DNA of 64,000 bases from Candidatus Gottesmanbacteria bacterium (GCA_023245415.1 JAHFKJ010000003.1:7196-71195), one strand, 5' to 3'. Shown: positions 18,428 to 28,983, counted from the first letter of the stretch. Notes: a model not told the origin generated them from the sequence alone. Numbers and translations are program-made.

Positions 18428-20107
18428 ATGATTCTGCCCGATGTTTTACGAGAAATTATTGTAAAATCCGGATTCGTTTCGGAAAAAGATTTCTCTGCTG
18501 CGGTTAAAAATTCACAGGAACTTAGTAAAAGCATTACAGATATCTTAATCTATCGCGGTCTTATTAGTGAAGACGTTTTGGGAAACTTATTTGCCGAATA
18601 TTATCAAGTACCATTTATTAATTTACGCACAAAAACAATTCCGCAGGAAGTGCTTTCAGTAATTCCCGAAGAAGCTGCTGTTTCTTTTCGCATGATTCCA
18701 TTTCAAATCGAGGGGAGTGAGCTTTTTTTAGCAATGGAAGATCCCAGCGATCTTGAAGCGCGCGAGTTTGTAAAACGAAAGACCGGTCTCTTACTCAAAA
18801 TCCACTTTGTGATTACGCCAGATTTAGATCGGGTTTTAAGTCAATACAAACGCAATATAAAAGATGTTTTTACTAAAATTATTAGTGAAAACATTGAGAA
18901 AAGCGAAATAAGAAAATCTACTAACGCAGCTCAACTAGCGACTGATTTGCCTGTTATCAAAATTCTAGACACAGTTTTGGAATACGGAGTTGCAGAAGGT
19001 GCTTCTGATGTTCATTTTGAAGAAACTGATTCGGATTTTTTAGTTCGTTTCCGAATTGATGGGGTATTACGTGATATTTTGACATTACCCAAAAATATTC
19101 ATCCGGCAATTGTGGCTCGCGTAAAAATCCTCTCGCAATTAAAAATTGATGAGCATCGAATTCCTCAAGATGGACGTTTTAAATTTAAAATTAAAGACAA
19201 TTACATTGCCTTGCGAGTTTCGATATTACCAGCATTTTATGGTGAGAATATAGTCATGCGGATTTTACCAGAATCTGCTCGACCTTTAGCGCTAGAAGAA
19301 TTGGGTATTACAGGTCGTAATCTGGTACTTATAAAAAATAATATCAGAAAGCCGCATGGAATGATTTTGGTAACCGGTCCAACAGGTTCAGGTAAGACAA
19401 CTACACTCTATAGTGTATTAACAATCTTAAATACGACTGAAGTAAAAATCTGTACAGTTGAAGATCCGGTAGAATATGGTATTAAGAGAGTAAATCAAAT
19501 ACAAATTAATCCATCTGCCGGACTCACATTTGCTGCCGGACTCAGATCGTTATTGCGTCATGATCCTGATGTCGTAATGGTTGGTGAAATTCGTGACCAG
19601 GAAACCGCAGAAATGGCAATTCATTCTGCATTAACCGGACACTTGGTATTATCAACGTTGCACACCAACGATGCCGCTAGCACTATTCCGCGTTTTTTGG
19701 ATATGGGGGCGGAAGGATTTTTGGTAGCTTCAACGGTAAATTTAGTTATATCTCAGCGTCTCGTGAAAAAAATTTGTCAGGCTTGCATTGAAAGTTACAA
19801 TCCTGAGACAGAGTTATTGAAATACTTAAACAAATTTGTAGAAGAAAACGAGTTGTTACATAAATTTTATCGGGGAAAAGGATGTATTGAGTGCGGAAAT
19901 CGAGGATATAAAGGAAGAATCGGAATTTATGAGATGCTTGAAGTGAATGAAGAAATCAGGTCGTTGACAATTAACCGCGTATCTGCTGATGAAATCTCTA
20001 AGGCAGCAGTTAAAAACGGGATGGTACCCCTCGTTCATGATGGTATTAATAAAGCGAGTGGTGGTATTACTACAATTGAGGAAGTCTTAAGAGTAGTGAG
20101 GGAATAA
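18428..20107 (+). CDS. pilB: Type IV pilus assembly ATPase (GspE/PilB)
   Basis: ASDVH, PQDGR, GPTGSGKTT, EDPVE, LRHDPD, GEIRD, TGHLV.STLH, zinc CxxC pairs. Confidence 0.95.
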   Translation: MILPDVLREIIVKSGFVSEKDFSAAVKNSQELSKSITDILIYRGLISEDVLGNLFAEYYQVPFINLRTKTIPQEVLSVIPEEAAVSFRMIPFQIEGSELFLAMEDPSDLEAREFVKRKTGLLLKIHFVITPDLDRVLSQYKRNIKDVFTKIISENIEKSEIRKSTNAAQLATDLPVIKILDTVLEYGVAEGASDVHFEETDSDFLVRFRIDGVLRDILTLPKNIHPAIVARVKILSQLKIDEHRIPQDGRFKFKIKDNYIALRVSILPAFYGENIVMRILPESARPLALEELGITGRNLVLIKNNIRKPHGMILVTGPTGSGKTTTLYSVLTILNTTEVKICTVEDPVEYGIKRVNQIQINPSAGLTFAAGLRSLLRHDPDVVMVGEIRDQETAEMAIHSALTGHLVLSTLHTNDAASTIPRFLDMGAEGFLVASTVNLVISQRLVKKICQACIESYNPETELLKYLNKFVEENELLHKFYRGKGCIECGNRGYKGRIGIYEMLEVNEEIRSLTINRVSADEISKAAVKNGMVPLVHDGINKASGGITTIEEVLRVVRE

Positions 20108-21336
20108 TGCCAACATTTAACTATAAAGCCCTTGATAATGCTAAACAAGTTATTGCCGGTTCAGTTACCGTCAAAAACAAGCAGGAAGCTGCGCAAAGTT
20201 TAGTTAAACGCGGGTTATCACCACTGATTATCAAAGAATATTCAGACTCTTCGCGGATTAAAGGAACTGTGCCTCCAATTGATAAAATTACATTTTGCCG
20301 TTATTTATCTACAATGCTTTCATCAGGTTTATCGCTTTCTGAAGGCATCGAAGTTTTACGCGGAGAAACAAAACATACCTTGATGCGCCGAATTTTAGGT
20401 GATATGTCATATAGTCTGGAGCAGGGACAACAGTTATCTACAGTTTTTGATCGGTATCCCAATGTATTTGAACCATATTTCCTGACCTTAACTCATGCCG
20501 GGGAAGTGAGTGGAAAATTAGCCGAAGTCTTTAAATATTTAGAAGCGGAACTGCGGGCTGAATATAGCATGTTTAGCAAGATTAAAGGCGCTTTATTATA
20601 TCCGTTAGTAGTATTTACAGCGATGATCGCTATTGGTATGCTGATGTTTTTTTTCGTACTGCCCCAGATCGGAAAAGTTTTTTTGAGTCTTAAATTGCCT
20701 TTACCATTTTTTACCCAATTCATGTTCAAATTTAGTTTGGCTCTTTCTGGTCAATTTATTCCTATCATAGTGGGAATTATTCTATCCGCGATTATCTTTT
20801 TCTTCTGGTTGAAACAGCCTTTTGCCAAAGAAATCATTATTAAACTTATTCAACCCCTTCCTTTGGTCCGCGATTTAATTAAAAAAATTGATCTTGCCCG
20901 CTTCAATCGAATTTTTTCAACACTTCTTCGCAGTGCTGTGCCAATAACCGAAGCTTTAGAGATATCATTAAGTTCGCTTTCGTGGTTCCAATTTAAACGT
21001 CTGTCTCACGTATTGCCGGAAGAAATTCGTACCGGTAAATCGCTGGCTCTGATTATAAAAGAAAAGCGAGTCTTTCCGTCGCTCATGATACAGATGGTTA
21101 CTGCTGGAGAAAAAACCGGAACATTAGATTCCGCGTTAGCTGATTTAGCTTCATTTTATGAAGAAGAGGTAGAAGAAGAATTAAAAAGTCTGACGCAAAT
21201 TATAGAGCCGGTTCTCATGCTGCTGGTAGGTATTTCAGTTGGAATCATGATTTTATCAATTATCGCACCTATCTATAGTGTAGTAGGCACGTTTCAGCAG
21301 GCAGCAGGTACCCCGGGTACACCACCGATAAAATAA
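20107..21336 (+). CDS. pilC: Type IV pilus platform protein (GspF/PilC)
   Basis: AGE.SG.L, ALLYP, GEKTG.L, IEP motifs; 3 TM segments. Confidence 0.93.
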   Translation: MPTFNYKALDNAKQVIAGSVTVKNKQEAAQSLVKRGLSPLIIKEYSDSSRIKGTVPPIDKITFCRYLSTMLSSGLSLSEGIEVLRGETKHTLMRRILGDMSYSLEQGQQLSTVFDRYPNVFEPYFLTLTHAGEVSGKLAEVFKYLEAELRAEYSMFSKIKGALLYPLVVFTAMIAIGMLMFFFVLPQIGKVFLSLKLPLPFFTQFMFKFSLALSGQFIPIIVGIILSAIIFFFWLKQPFAKEIIIKLIQPLPLVRDLIKKIDLARFNRIFSTLLRSAVPITEALEISLSSLSWFQFKRLSHVLPEEIRTGKSLALIIKEKRVFPSLMIQMVTAGEKTGTLDSALADLASFYEEEVEEELKSLTQIIEPVLMLLVGISVGIMILSIIAPIYSVVGTFQQAAGTPGTPPIK

Positions 21337-21342
21337 AGTGGA

Positions 21343-22734
21343 TCACTTTTCTTCCCAGGATATAAATTCATACTCACCTTTGGTTGGGAAATAGGGAGGA
21401 GGAGCGAAATATAATTTAGAATCATAAATTATTTCTCTTTGAGAAAAACCAGAAACCGGATCTGAACCAAATCCGGCATTTCCCTGACCGTAGCTCCAGT
21501 AGGATTTTTGATTACTGATGAGGGAGCCGTAAATAATCAATTGTTGTCTAACTGCTTCGTTAAAATGACTGCAGCCTTGATATTTATAATTGTGTCGAAT
21601 GACTTTTCCTTTTTGTGCAAGTAGCGCAGCATTTATTTCAAAAATTTGGGGGATGTTTAAAGCAAAATAAATATCGTTTTGCGCAATTAGTCCTAAATCT
21701 GAATTGCCGTCTTTTGCAAGATAGGTGAGATTTCCGTCAATCCAGATGTTCATATTATTGATATCAATTGGAAATTTCGCAGCTACAACAGTAGCTTTTC
21801 CATTTACCACACCGTCGACCCAAAGCATATCTTCTAAAAAGATGATTGGTTTGGTACTTATTGAATACGTCCCAATTGTTGTTTCGTTTTGGATATCTTG
21901 ATATAAATTTTCACAACCATTTTCAACGCTCCAACCCTGTTTATTTTGCACGTTTGTTACTTTTTTTATTGTATAATTACCGTCGGGTGTAAATATCAGA
22001 TGATATCCATATGCACCTGATGATTGAAGATATGTTCCTGATATTTGGGCAGCTGATTGCATCTTGTTGAAATCTAGTGCAAAACTTTTAAAATCTACTC
22101 CTGTTACAGGGAATTGCCAGAGGTTTTGTGGACCACCGTCACCCCAAACGCCGGGTTTTGGTTCAGAAGGCGAACAACCAGTTTCCGTCCCGCATGTATA
22201 GATATTTTTGGCACTTTGGACCGTAGAATCGTGAGTTCCGTCCATGCGAATTCCGCCGTTAGAGAAAACTTTTCCTTGAATATTAATTTTTTGACCAAAC
22301 CAAACATTTGCATTATGCAAAAAGGCGTAACTTGCGATAGAGGGTAAGCCATATTTTGTGACGACAGTGCGTTTTATATCAGAGTGATTATTTATCCATC
22401 CTTGTGACGAGATGGTTATGATTGATGATCCGGATGCAGGTGGGGTAATCGTTAAGCTAAATGTACCCTCAGTACCACCATAAGGATCAGATATTGTGTG
22501 TACGTATGGGCCAGCGTTTGTGGTGCCATCTTTAAAATCTGAAAGATCATGAGCCAGGTGCCAACGGTAGTATTCCGCTCCAGATTGGGCTACGGTTAAT
22601 GCTTTTTCAAATGCTTCAGTTCGTGTAGATGATGTAAACTGTGTTGCGGTGAATAATACGAGGCCTCCCACAGCAATGACTATGACTAGGCCCAACAAGA
22701 GGACTAAAATGGAAATACTGCCATTTTTATTCAT
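21343..22734 (-). CDS. PilX-like minor pilin
   Basis: KNG|S plus hydrophobic helix lacking Glu5; A...A.SG.E motif. Confidence 0.7.
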   Translation of the reverse strand: MNKNGSISILVLLLGLVIVIAVGGLVLFTATQFTSSTRTEAFEKALTVAQSGAEYYRWHLAHDLSDFKDGTTNAGPYVHTISDPYGGTEGTFSLTITPPASGSSIITISSQGWINNHSDIKRTVVTKYGLPSIASYAFLHNANVWFGQKINIQGKVFSNGGIRMDGTHDSTVQSAKNIYTCGTETGCSPSEPKPGVWGDGGPQNLWQFPVTGVDFKSFALDFNKMQSAAQISGTYLQSSGAYGYHLIFTPDGNYTIKKVTNVQNKQGWSVENGCENLYQDIQNETTIGTYSISTKPIIFLEDMLWVDGVVNGKATVVAAKFPIDINNMNIWIDGNLTYLAKDGNSDLGLIAQNDIYFALNIPQIFEINAALLAQKGKVIRHNYKYQGCSHFNEAVRQQLIIYGSLISNQKSYWSYGQGNAGFGSDPVSGFSQREIIYDSKLYFAPPPYFPTKGEYEFISWEEK

Positions 22735-23393
22735 AAATTATCTTTCATACTTCTTATTTGGACTCCCGATTTTAAATCAAATGGTTGTGCACCTTTATTG
22801 GAATTAACATTAATTCTAATATACACACTAATATATCGCGTATTCAAAATTCGCAAATTTATAGGTAAGGGATTGTTAATCTGATCAATAGGCCAGTTAC
22901 CGTTATAGTACTTAAAAAGAGGTAATCCAGCATTATCTACATATGAAGCAACAGTTGAAACTTTTTCATTTTCAGCAGGGTAAGTTACTGGCGCTTGAGT
23001 AGGTTCAATTACGCCTTTTTTCAAATTAGTGCCTGTTATGAAGTAGCGTATTCTGTCTGATCTACCATCATTAGTTACATCACCATAAAAAATAATTGTA
23101 TTATCATCGGATTGAAAAATCGGCCAGGCACCTGTTTCACTTATTCGTGCTTCTCTTATTTCCCGTATCAAGGTTGTTAATGCTTGTTGAGCTATTCCGA
23201 CAGATTGATTTTCCTCAAATGAAAAGGAGTAATTTTGAAAATAGTAAGCCGCAAACGCGGTGACACCAACAATTAATGCTGTGGATATAAAAATCGCTAG
23301 AATAAACTCAATTATAGTAAAAGCTGAATTTTGTTTTAAAATGCTTTGCAAGCCTACTGTCTTTTTTATAACGTAATATTTTATTAAACGCAT
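22731..23393 (-). CDS. Minor pilin (PilW-like)
   Basis: A|FTIIE prepilin site, hydrophobic helix, L.REIREA. Confidence 0.8.
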   Translation of the reverse strand: MRLIKYYVIKKTVGLQSILKQNSAFTIIEFILAIFISTALIVGVTAFAAYYFQNYSFSFEENQSVGIAQQALTTLIREIREARISETGAWPIFQSDDNTIIFYGDVTNDGRSDRIRYFITGTNLKKGVIEPTQAPVTYPAENEKVSTVASYVDNAGLPLFKYYNGNWPIDQINNPLPINLRILNTRYISVYIRINVNSNKGAQPFDLKSGVQIRSMKDNL

Positions 23394-23398
23394 ATTAT

Positions 23399-24781
23399 TT
23401 ATGGGTTTGGATTTAATGTGATTGTTTCCTGATGAATGGTTGTAAGACTATATGAAGCCGTTGCAGTTTGGTAGCCGTCTGAAAATATATTCAAATCATA
23501 TGTTCCAGGTATTAACTCGCCAAAGAAAGCCTGGCCAAAATCTGCTGCACCACTTGCTCCAACAGGTTTAGTACTATCAAATTCTGGCAACTTCGTTAAT
23601 CGGGCACTAGCTGAAGCAATTAACTCTCCACCAGTTTTTTTTACCGCGACGAGTAAAGATGTGTTTGATTTAGGTACTGCAGAAATAGCTACAGTGAGTT
23701 TTGTGGCAGGCAGAAGTACTACAGGATTTAGAGGATTTGAGCCGGCCAGATTATATGCTGAGTTCGAAAAGTCAAGTTTATAGGAGTCCCATTCCAGGTC
23801 GGGTATAGAAACTGTACCGCCGCCAGTATTGGTAGAGAAACTATATTTATAAACGGGTTCATCAAATGTATCATAACCAATAATTTTACTGCCTTTTAGG
23901 GTGAATTGTACATTAGAAATTGGAGGAAATTCGGACTCGCGGCTTCCCAAAGAGTTAACGGTTATTTGTGATGCTTGATCTATGGCAAAAGAGATTTGGG
24001 TGATTTTACCCTCGAGAACGGTAGCACTGGGTTGTAAGGGATTTGCAACTTCAGAGGACAAATACGTTTTATCAGTTGTATAATTTGGTTTGGTAATTGT
24101 CACCTGATAACAGGCGATACACGGTGGTGTTCCGGGGAGACTTAATATTCCATTTGCATTGGTGAGCGTCTGTATATGAATATTTGGGTTAATGCTGGTG
24201 TTGTCAACTGCGACTGTTGCATTCGAAACAGGAATCCCACTGGAATTAAATACTTGGATATAAAGCGTACCTCCGCCGGCTAATGTTTCGATACCCTTTG
24301 GCGCCACATTTGCAACCAAGGCGACCGGATAGCGCGAAGGATAGGCTCCCTGCCAATCTATCTCAATCCGCACTCTTTTGTAATCAGTGTTGAGTAAATC
24401 ATTTGGAGCCACACCATCAAAAGGATCATCGATATAAATTATAGATGTTTTGACGGTGAAATCGAGACTATTAATATTTTTTATTTCTGATTGAAGTAAT
24501 GCTCCTTGTGGAATACCACCTTGAGTGCCGACTTGGTTATAGGGAAGGTTTCGGACATTTTCCATTTTTTCTTGTGCTAGAGACAGAGCAACAGATCGAA
24601 TTCTTGATTCAGCCACATTCTGCAAGACCAACTGCAGAATAATCGCAACAGAAGCAAAAAAAATTCCTAAGACTCCCAGAGCGACTAGTGTTTCTACAAG
24701 CGTAAAGCCAGAAACTAAGTTACTGCAAAAATATTGTATTGGTTTTGGAGATTTATTAACATTGATCAATAATTTGGGCAT
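23399..24781 (-). CDS. Large minor pilin (PilV-like) with C-terminal beta-sandwich domains
   Basis: G|FTLVE prepilin site; A..LAQEKME.VR; T..NG and G.Y repeats. Confidence 0.8.
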   Translation of the reverse strand: MPKLLINVNKSPKPIQYFCSNLVSGFTLVETLVALGVLGIFFASVAIILQLVLQNVAESRIRSVALSLAQEKMENVRNLPYNQVGTQGGIPQGALLQSEIKNINSLDFTVKTSIIYIDDPFDGVAPNDLLNTDYKRVRIEIDWQGAYPSRYPVALVANVAPKGIETLAGGGTLYIQVFNSSGIPVSNATVAVDNTSINPNIHIQTLTNANGILSLPGTPPCIACYQVTITKPNYTTDKTYLSSEVANPLQPSATVLEGKITQISFAIDQASQITVNSLGSRESEFPPISNVQFTLKGSKIIGYDTFDEPVYKYSFSTNTGGGTVSIPDLEWDSYKLDFSNSAYNLAGSNPLNPVVLLPATKLTVAISAVPKSNTSLLVAVKKTGGELIASASARLTKLPEFDSTKPVGASGAADFGQAFFGELIPGTYDLNIFSDGYQTATASYSLTTIHQETITLNPNP

Positions 24782-24871
24782 AACTTCATGATTACTATCT
24801 TACGCATTTTACAAATATGATACAAGCAATGATTCGTGGTACAATTTAAACAATATAAATTATAACGCCAC

Positions 24872-26299
24872 ATGTTGTCACTGCCCGAATTTTTTTTACC
24901 AAAACTTAAACATTTTGGACTTTCAGTTGGACGAGCATCGCTTCGAGCTGTAGAAATGAGTTCGCATGGCAAAGTTCGTACAGCAATTGAAATACCATTT
25001 CCCGATACTATTTTCAAGGATGGGGAACTGGTCAAAAAGGATATTTTTCGAGATCTGCTTAAGAAATTAATCACTCAAGGGAAATTCACTACACCTTATG
25101 TTGCCGTATGTTTTTCTGAGATTTATGCTTATACGAGGGGGTATTCTCTTCCTCTAATCCCGATTGAGGAAATTCAAGAAGCTGTCTCCTGGCACGTAAA
25201 AGACCTGTTTCCATTTCCGGAAATAGATATTTACTACGACTGGAAGTTATTAGAGACTCATGAAAAAGAATATGAAATTGGCGTAGTCGCAGTTCCCAAA
25301 AAAGTATTAGATCCATTAGTTGAAGAAATCATAAATATTGGTCTTAAACCATTAAGTTTTGAGCCCGGCGCTTCGGTAATTGCCCGTTTATTACTCTTAA
25401 AGCCGCATCAGCAGGTAATTGTTACAGAAATTAACCGTCATGGTGCTTATGTAACACTTGTGGATGGCGAGAAGGCTCTTTTCACCACAGTAGTAAATTA
25501 CGCAGCAGATGAAACTTCAGCTGAATATGTCAATAGTATCACCGCAACTGTTAAAGAAATCGCAGCATACTATCTTAAAAAAGGTATAACTAAGTCGGCG
25601 AATCCACCAATAATTTTATCCGGGGAAGCAGTTAATGAAGAAGTTGCCAAGCTTCTGTGCAGTTCTACCGGGTCATCAGTCAAAATTTTCCAAACCCAAC
25701 TTCAAAATCCCGGGTTTAATAAAGCATTCGCAGTTGCAGTTTCAAAAATAAAACCTCCCTACGACCCTAATACTATTAATTTATTGCCATTGAGTCTGCA
25801 GGAACAATATGATAGCGAGCGAGCGAACCTTTTTTATACAAATTTACTGATTCGAATGATTATAGGGATCATTTTCACAATAACATTTTCAGTTACTTCT
25901 TATATATTTACGAGTATGGTTAGACAGCAGATTGAGTTGAATGTGAAGTTAACATCAGCTCGCACAAATGCAAAAAGATCTGATATGCAGCAATTGCTGT
26001 TACTTAACGCTCAGGCTCGCAATATTGTAAATCTGGCACCGCTTAGAAAAACACCTCAGGACAAACTACAGGTAATTAATACTGTTTTGCCGGCAGGCAT
26101 TACCATAAGTCAGTGGGAATATGATGATACGAAATTACAATATACTTTAACCGGTACTGCAGATAGGCGGGAAGAATTACTCGCTTTAAAAGCTAAACTT
26201 GAAAAAACTGATGAATTTACAAATGTGATATTGCCTTTAGGTTCTCTTGAAACACCTGAAAATATCCAATTTTCGATAACTTTTGTAACCAAAAAATAA
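24872..26299 (+). CDS. PilM-PilN-like fusion (pilus alignment complex)
   Basis: Actin-like PilM region, then INLLP motif, TM helix and PilN-like domain. Confidence 0.75.
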   Translation: MLSLPEFFLPKLKHFGLSVGRASLRAVEMSSHGKVRTAIEIPFPDTIFKDGELVKKDIFRDLLKKLITQGKFTTPYVAVCFSEIYAYTRGYSLPLIPIEEIQEAVSWHVKDLFPFPEIDIYYDWKLLETHEKEYEIGVVAVPKKVLDPLVEEIINIGLKPLSFEPGASVIARLLLLKPHQQVIVTEINRHGAYVTLVDGEKALFTTVVNYAADETSAEYVNSITATVKEIAAYYLKKGITKSANPPIILSGEAVNEEVAKLLCSSTGSSVKIFQTQLQNPGFNKAFAVAVSKIKPPYDPNTINLLPLSLQEQYDSERANLFYTNLLIRMIIGIIFTITFSVTSYIFTSMVRQQIELNVKLTSARTNAKRSDMQQLLLLNAQARNIVNLAPLRKTPQDKLQVINTVLPAGITISQWEYDDTKLQYTLTGTADRREELLALKAKLEKTDEFTNVILPLGSLETPENIQFSITFVTKK

Positions 26300-26305
26300 A
26301 TTATT

Positions 26306-26854
26306 ATGGCAGAAAAAAAAATAGTCATTAAATCTCGACAGCCGACTCTGCTACTGATTGTTAGTTTGATTTTAGTTGTGCTAAATATAGCGTTCTTAAT
26401 TTTTTCAGCTAACGAAAGTAGAACTATTACACTTTTATCTAATGAGTTAATTTCACTCGAGCAGGATAAACGCATCATTACATCAGCAGCAGAAATTTCA
26501 AGTACCTATAATAAGGAAATAGCTGTTATTTCAAATGTGTTTCCTAACGAAGAAACAATGCCCATCTTTATTCAACGGTTAGAGACATTACTAAAAAACT
26601 ACACCGATTCATATAGTTTTAAATTCAGTTCTATTACTCCAATTAAAGAACAGGATCGTCTTTATCTGCCTTTAGCTTTAGTTCTGCGAATTGACTTAGA
26701 TAGACTCGTCAAGCTCATGACGAGAATTGAAAAACTCCCCTTTATGATGCATATTAATTCTATTAATACAAAAACTCCCGATGGTTTTATAAAACTGGGT
26801 GAAAGTACCATTATAATTAAATTATATGTTCAAAACCCTTTTACAACAAAATAA
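26306..26854 (+). CDS. PilO-like protein
   Basis: N-terminal TM, coiled coil, 'IEKLP' region; follows PilMN. Confidence 0.65.
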   Translation: MAEKKIVIKSRQPTLLLIVSLILVVLNIAFLIFSANESRTITLLSNELISLEQDKRIITSAAEISSTYNKEIAVISNVFPNEETMPIFIQRLETLLKNYTDSYSFKFSSITPIKEQDRLYLPLALVLRIDLDRLVKLMTRIEKLPFMMHINSINTKTPDGFIKLGESTIIIKLYVQNPFTTK

Positions 26855-27029
26855 ACCCGCAATTGCGGTTGCAAGTGTTTTAATCGGACTACTGGTATTG
26901 TTTACTATCAACATAGTTGTATTGGTGCCTATACTCATAAACGCTTATAAACCTGTGCATAAATCTGAAAATCAAACTGCGATAGATATTGACACAGTGA
27001 ATAAAGCTATTGAATATTTAAATGAGTAA
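26826..27029 (+). CDS. Small single-TM protein in pilus operon
   Basis: 67 aa with one hydrophobic helix, in the position after pilO. Confidence 0.55.
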   Translation: MFKTLLQQNKPAIAVASVLIGLLVLFTINIVVLVPILINAYKPVHKSENQTAIDIDTVNKAIEYLNE

Positions 27030-27115
27030 CTTCATTGACAACGTATATGGCATTTGTTAGGCTGAAATTAATACATAAAAAGCCAGTTTTTATTTTTTGA
27101 GAGGAGGTGAAACAA

Positions 27116-27550
27116 ATGCAGTCACTTCGAAAACATACTCGCGGTTTTACCTTAATAGAGTTACTTGTTGTAATCGGTATAATAGGAATTCTTGCGGCAG
27201 TCGTTTTGGTCGCAGTCAATCCTGGTCGGCAATTTGCTTCAGCGCGTGATACGCAAAGAAGAGCTGATTTATATTCAATTACTAACGCAATTTACCAATA
27301 CGCAGCAGAAAATAATGGGAATATACCTGTTGTAATTACCACGACTCCAACACACGTTGGTACCGCTGGAGGATTAACTAATTTGGCGCCGGTCATTGTA
27401 CCTACGTATATCGCAGCCGTACCAAAAGATCCTACCAATGGCACAGATGCAGATACCCAGTATACCATCTATAAAGACGCAAACGGTCGAGTAGTCGCAA
27501 CGGCTTCAAGTGAGTTGAATCCGGGAACTAATATTACCGTGATTCGTTAA
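27116..27550 (+). CDS. Type IV pilin, probable major pilin
   Basis: RG|FTLIELLVVIGIIGILA; strong GGAGGTGA SD; TTGACA promoter near 27035. Confidence 0.93.
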   Translation: MQSLRKHTRGFTLIELLVVIGIIGILAAVVLVAVNPGRQFASARDTQRRADLYSITNAIYQYAAENNGNIPVVITTTPTHVGTAGGLTNLAPVIVPTYIAAVPKDPTNGTDADTQYTIYKDANGRVVATASSELNPGTNITVIR

Positions 27551-27593
27551 TGGAAGTAACGCGTTATCTTCCATTACTGCTTGATGGAAGATT

Positions 27594-27626
27594 AAAAAAA
27601 CAACCCCGACTAAGTCGGGGTTGTTT
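27594..27626 (-). terminator. Intrinsic terminator of rnpB
   Basis: CAACCCCGAC-TAA-GTCGGGGTTG hairpin with a T7 tail on the minus strand. Confidence 0.8.
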
Positions 27627-28193
27627 GTAGGGAAACTCATAAGCCAGATTCTGTTTTTCCCATCCGCCTGAAGCGGACGGGATAGACGATCATTTCTCTC
27701 AGTGATGATATTGTCATCTAACTGTCCCGACTTAGTCGGGATGCCTTCAAGCTTTGGTGTTTTCTTACAAGAATGCTTAAAGAGTAAAGCAAATAACACC
27801 GTTCGGAAGTTGCTACGAGTGGGATTATCATCGTCAAGTACCAGACGGTACCTGACTTCGTTTCACTCCCCTGGCATGCTCGGGGTAAACTTCTCTTTAA
27901 AGATAGTTTATCCTCGAGTTTAGCGAAGGACTCGTCTCTGTGATTCTCTCAGCCTGTTAATTCAGGAATCGTTCCCGACAACTTTCGTTATCGGAACACC
28001 AGCCATTGGCCTTCGACTTTAGGATACACTTTTTTAAAGTGTATACCTTCGCTCAGGTCCCCCTGAGTTTGATGTAGAAGGTTACTGGTATCGATTTACA
28101 TCGATTCCCCACTCTTTATGTAGTCTGGACTTTCCTCCCCGCCAGTCATTTAAGTTTTAACCGTTAAGGGCGATCATCCGGTTTCCCTACAAC
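27623..28193 (-). ncRNA. rnpB: RNase P RNA (about 570 nt, enlarged)
   Basis: Minus strand shows GAGGAAAGTCCAGAC, CACAGAGACG, GTGAAACG, AATCCCACTCGTAGCAA, AGAAATGATCG and ACAGAATCTGGCTTAT conserved regions; P1 TTGTAGGGAAAC/GTTTCCCTACAA; TATAAT just upstream. Confidence 0.93.
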
Positions 28194-28260
28194 CTAATTA
28201 TATCAAATAGCGGCAATTTTAGAGCTACCTAAGAAACTACACCCATGATAGTATGAAAGT

Positions 28261-28983
28261 ATGAGAGAATGGTGGAGAGGGAAATTGATCTATTTTGGGT
28301 TGGTAATATTTTGCGCAGTTGTTTTGATCATTCTATTGTTTATTATTAAATTTGGATCTGCTTATAGGGGAAATTTGTCATCTTATATCAATAATCCAAA
28401 GCAGCAGGAATTAAAGTTAAAGAAGAAAAAAGATATCAAACGGATTACGTTCCGTAAACAGGGAGAAATAAGCTGTTTAGAAATGACCCCAGATGGAGTA
28501 GTAAGACAATATAGTGTTTGCGGAAATACACTCACTGATGTTCAGAGATTGTCAGATTCCAAAAACATTACCAAACTATTTAAACTGGTTTCAGAAAATG
28601 AATTGGAAAATCTCAAAAACACCGGCGGCGAAATTTATGAACTCACAATTCAAACTGATACAGGTACTCAAGTCGTATATATGTCAGCGGCAAATTCACC
28701 GATTGCCAACGAAATTATACAAACAGTAGAATATGTTCACGGTGATTTGGTAGGAACTTCGCCAACACCAACATCCGTTGTAAACTCATCAGCTGCGCCT
28801 ATAAATAATGGTACGACCCCATCACCTCAAAATTCTCTAAGTAATCCAAGTCCAACTCCAGATGCTTCTGCGACTAGTCAATTGCCATTCGTTTGTGACT
28901 TCATTGAGACGAGTACAAAAAAAAAGCCTTTTAATGTCTCAAATGTCATCTGCAGTAGTGAACCGGTAACTGCCCCAAATTAA
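28261..28983 (+). CDS. Membrane-anchored hypothetical protein with S/T/P-rich linker and C-terminal Cys pair
   Basis: N-terminal TM, low-complexity linker, 240-aa ORF. Confidence 0.75.
   Translation: MREWWRGKLIYFGLVIFCAVVLIILLFIIKFGSAYRGNLSSYINNPKQQELKLKKKKDIKRITFRKQGEISCLEMTPDGVVRQYSVCGNTLTDVQRLSDSKNITKLFKLVSENELENLKNTGGEIYELTIQTDTGTQVVYMSAANSPIANEIIQTVEYVHGDLVGTSPTPTSVVNSSAAPINNGTTPSPQNSLSNPSPTPDASATSQLPFVCDFIETSTKKKPFNVSNVICSSEPVTAPN

Noticed and set aside
27506-27923. ORFs 27506..27799 (-) and 27702..27923 (+)
   Set aside because: They lie within the RNase P RNA gene and its terminator.
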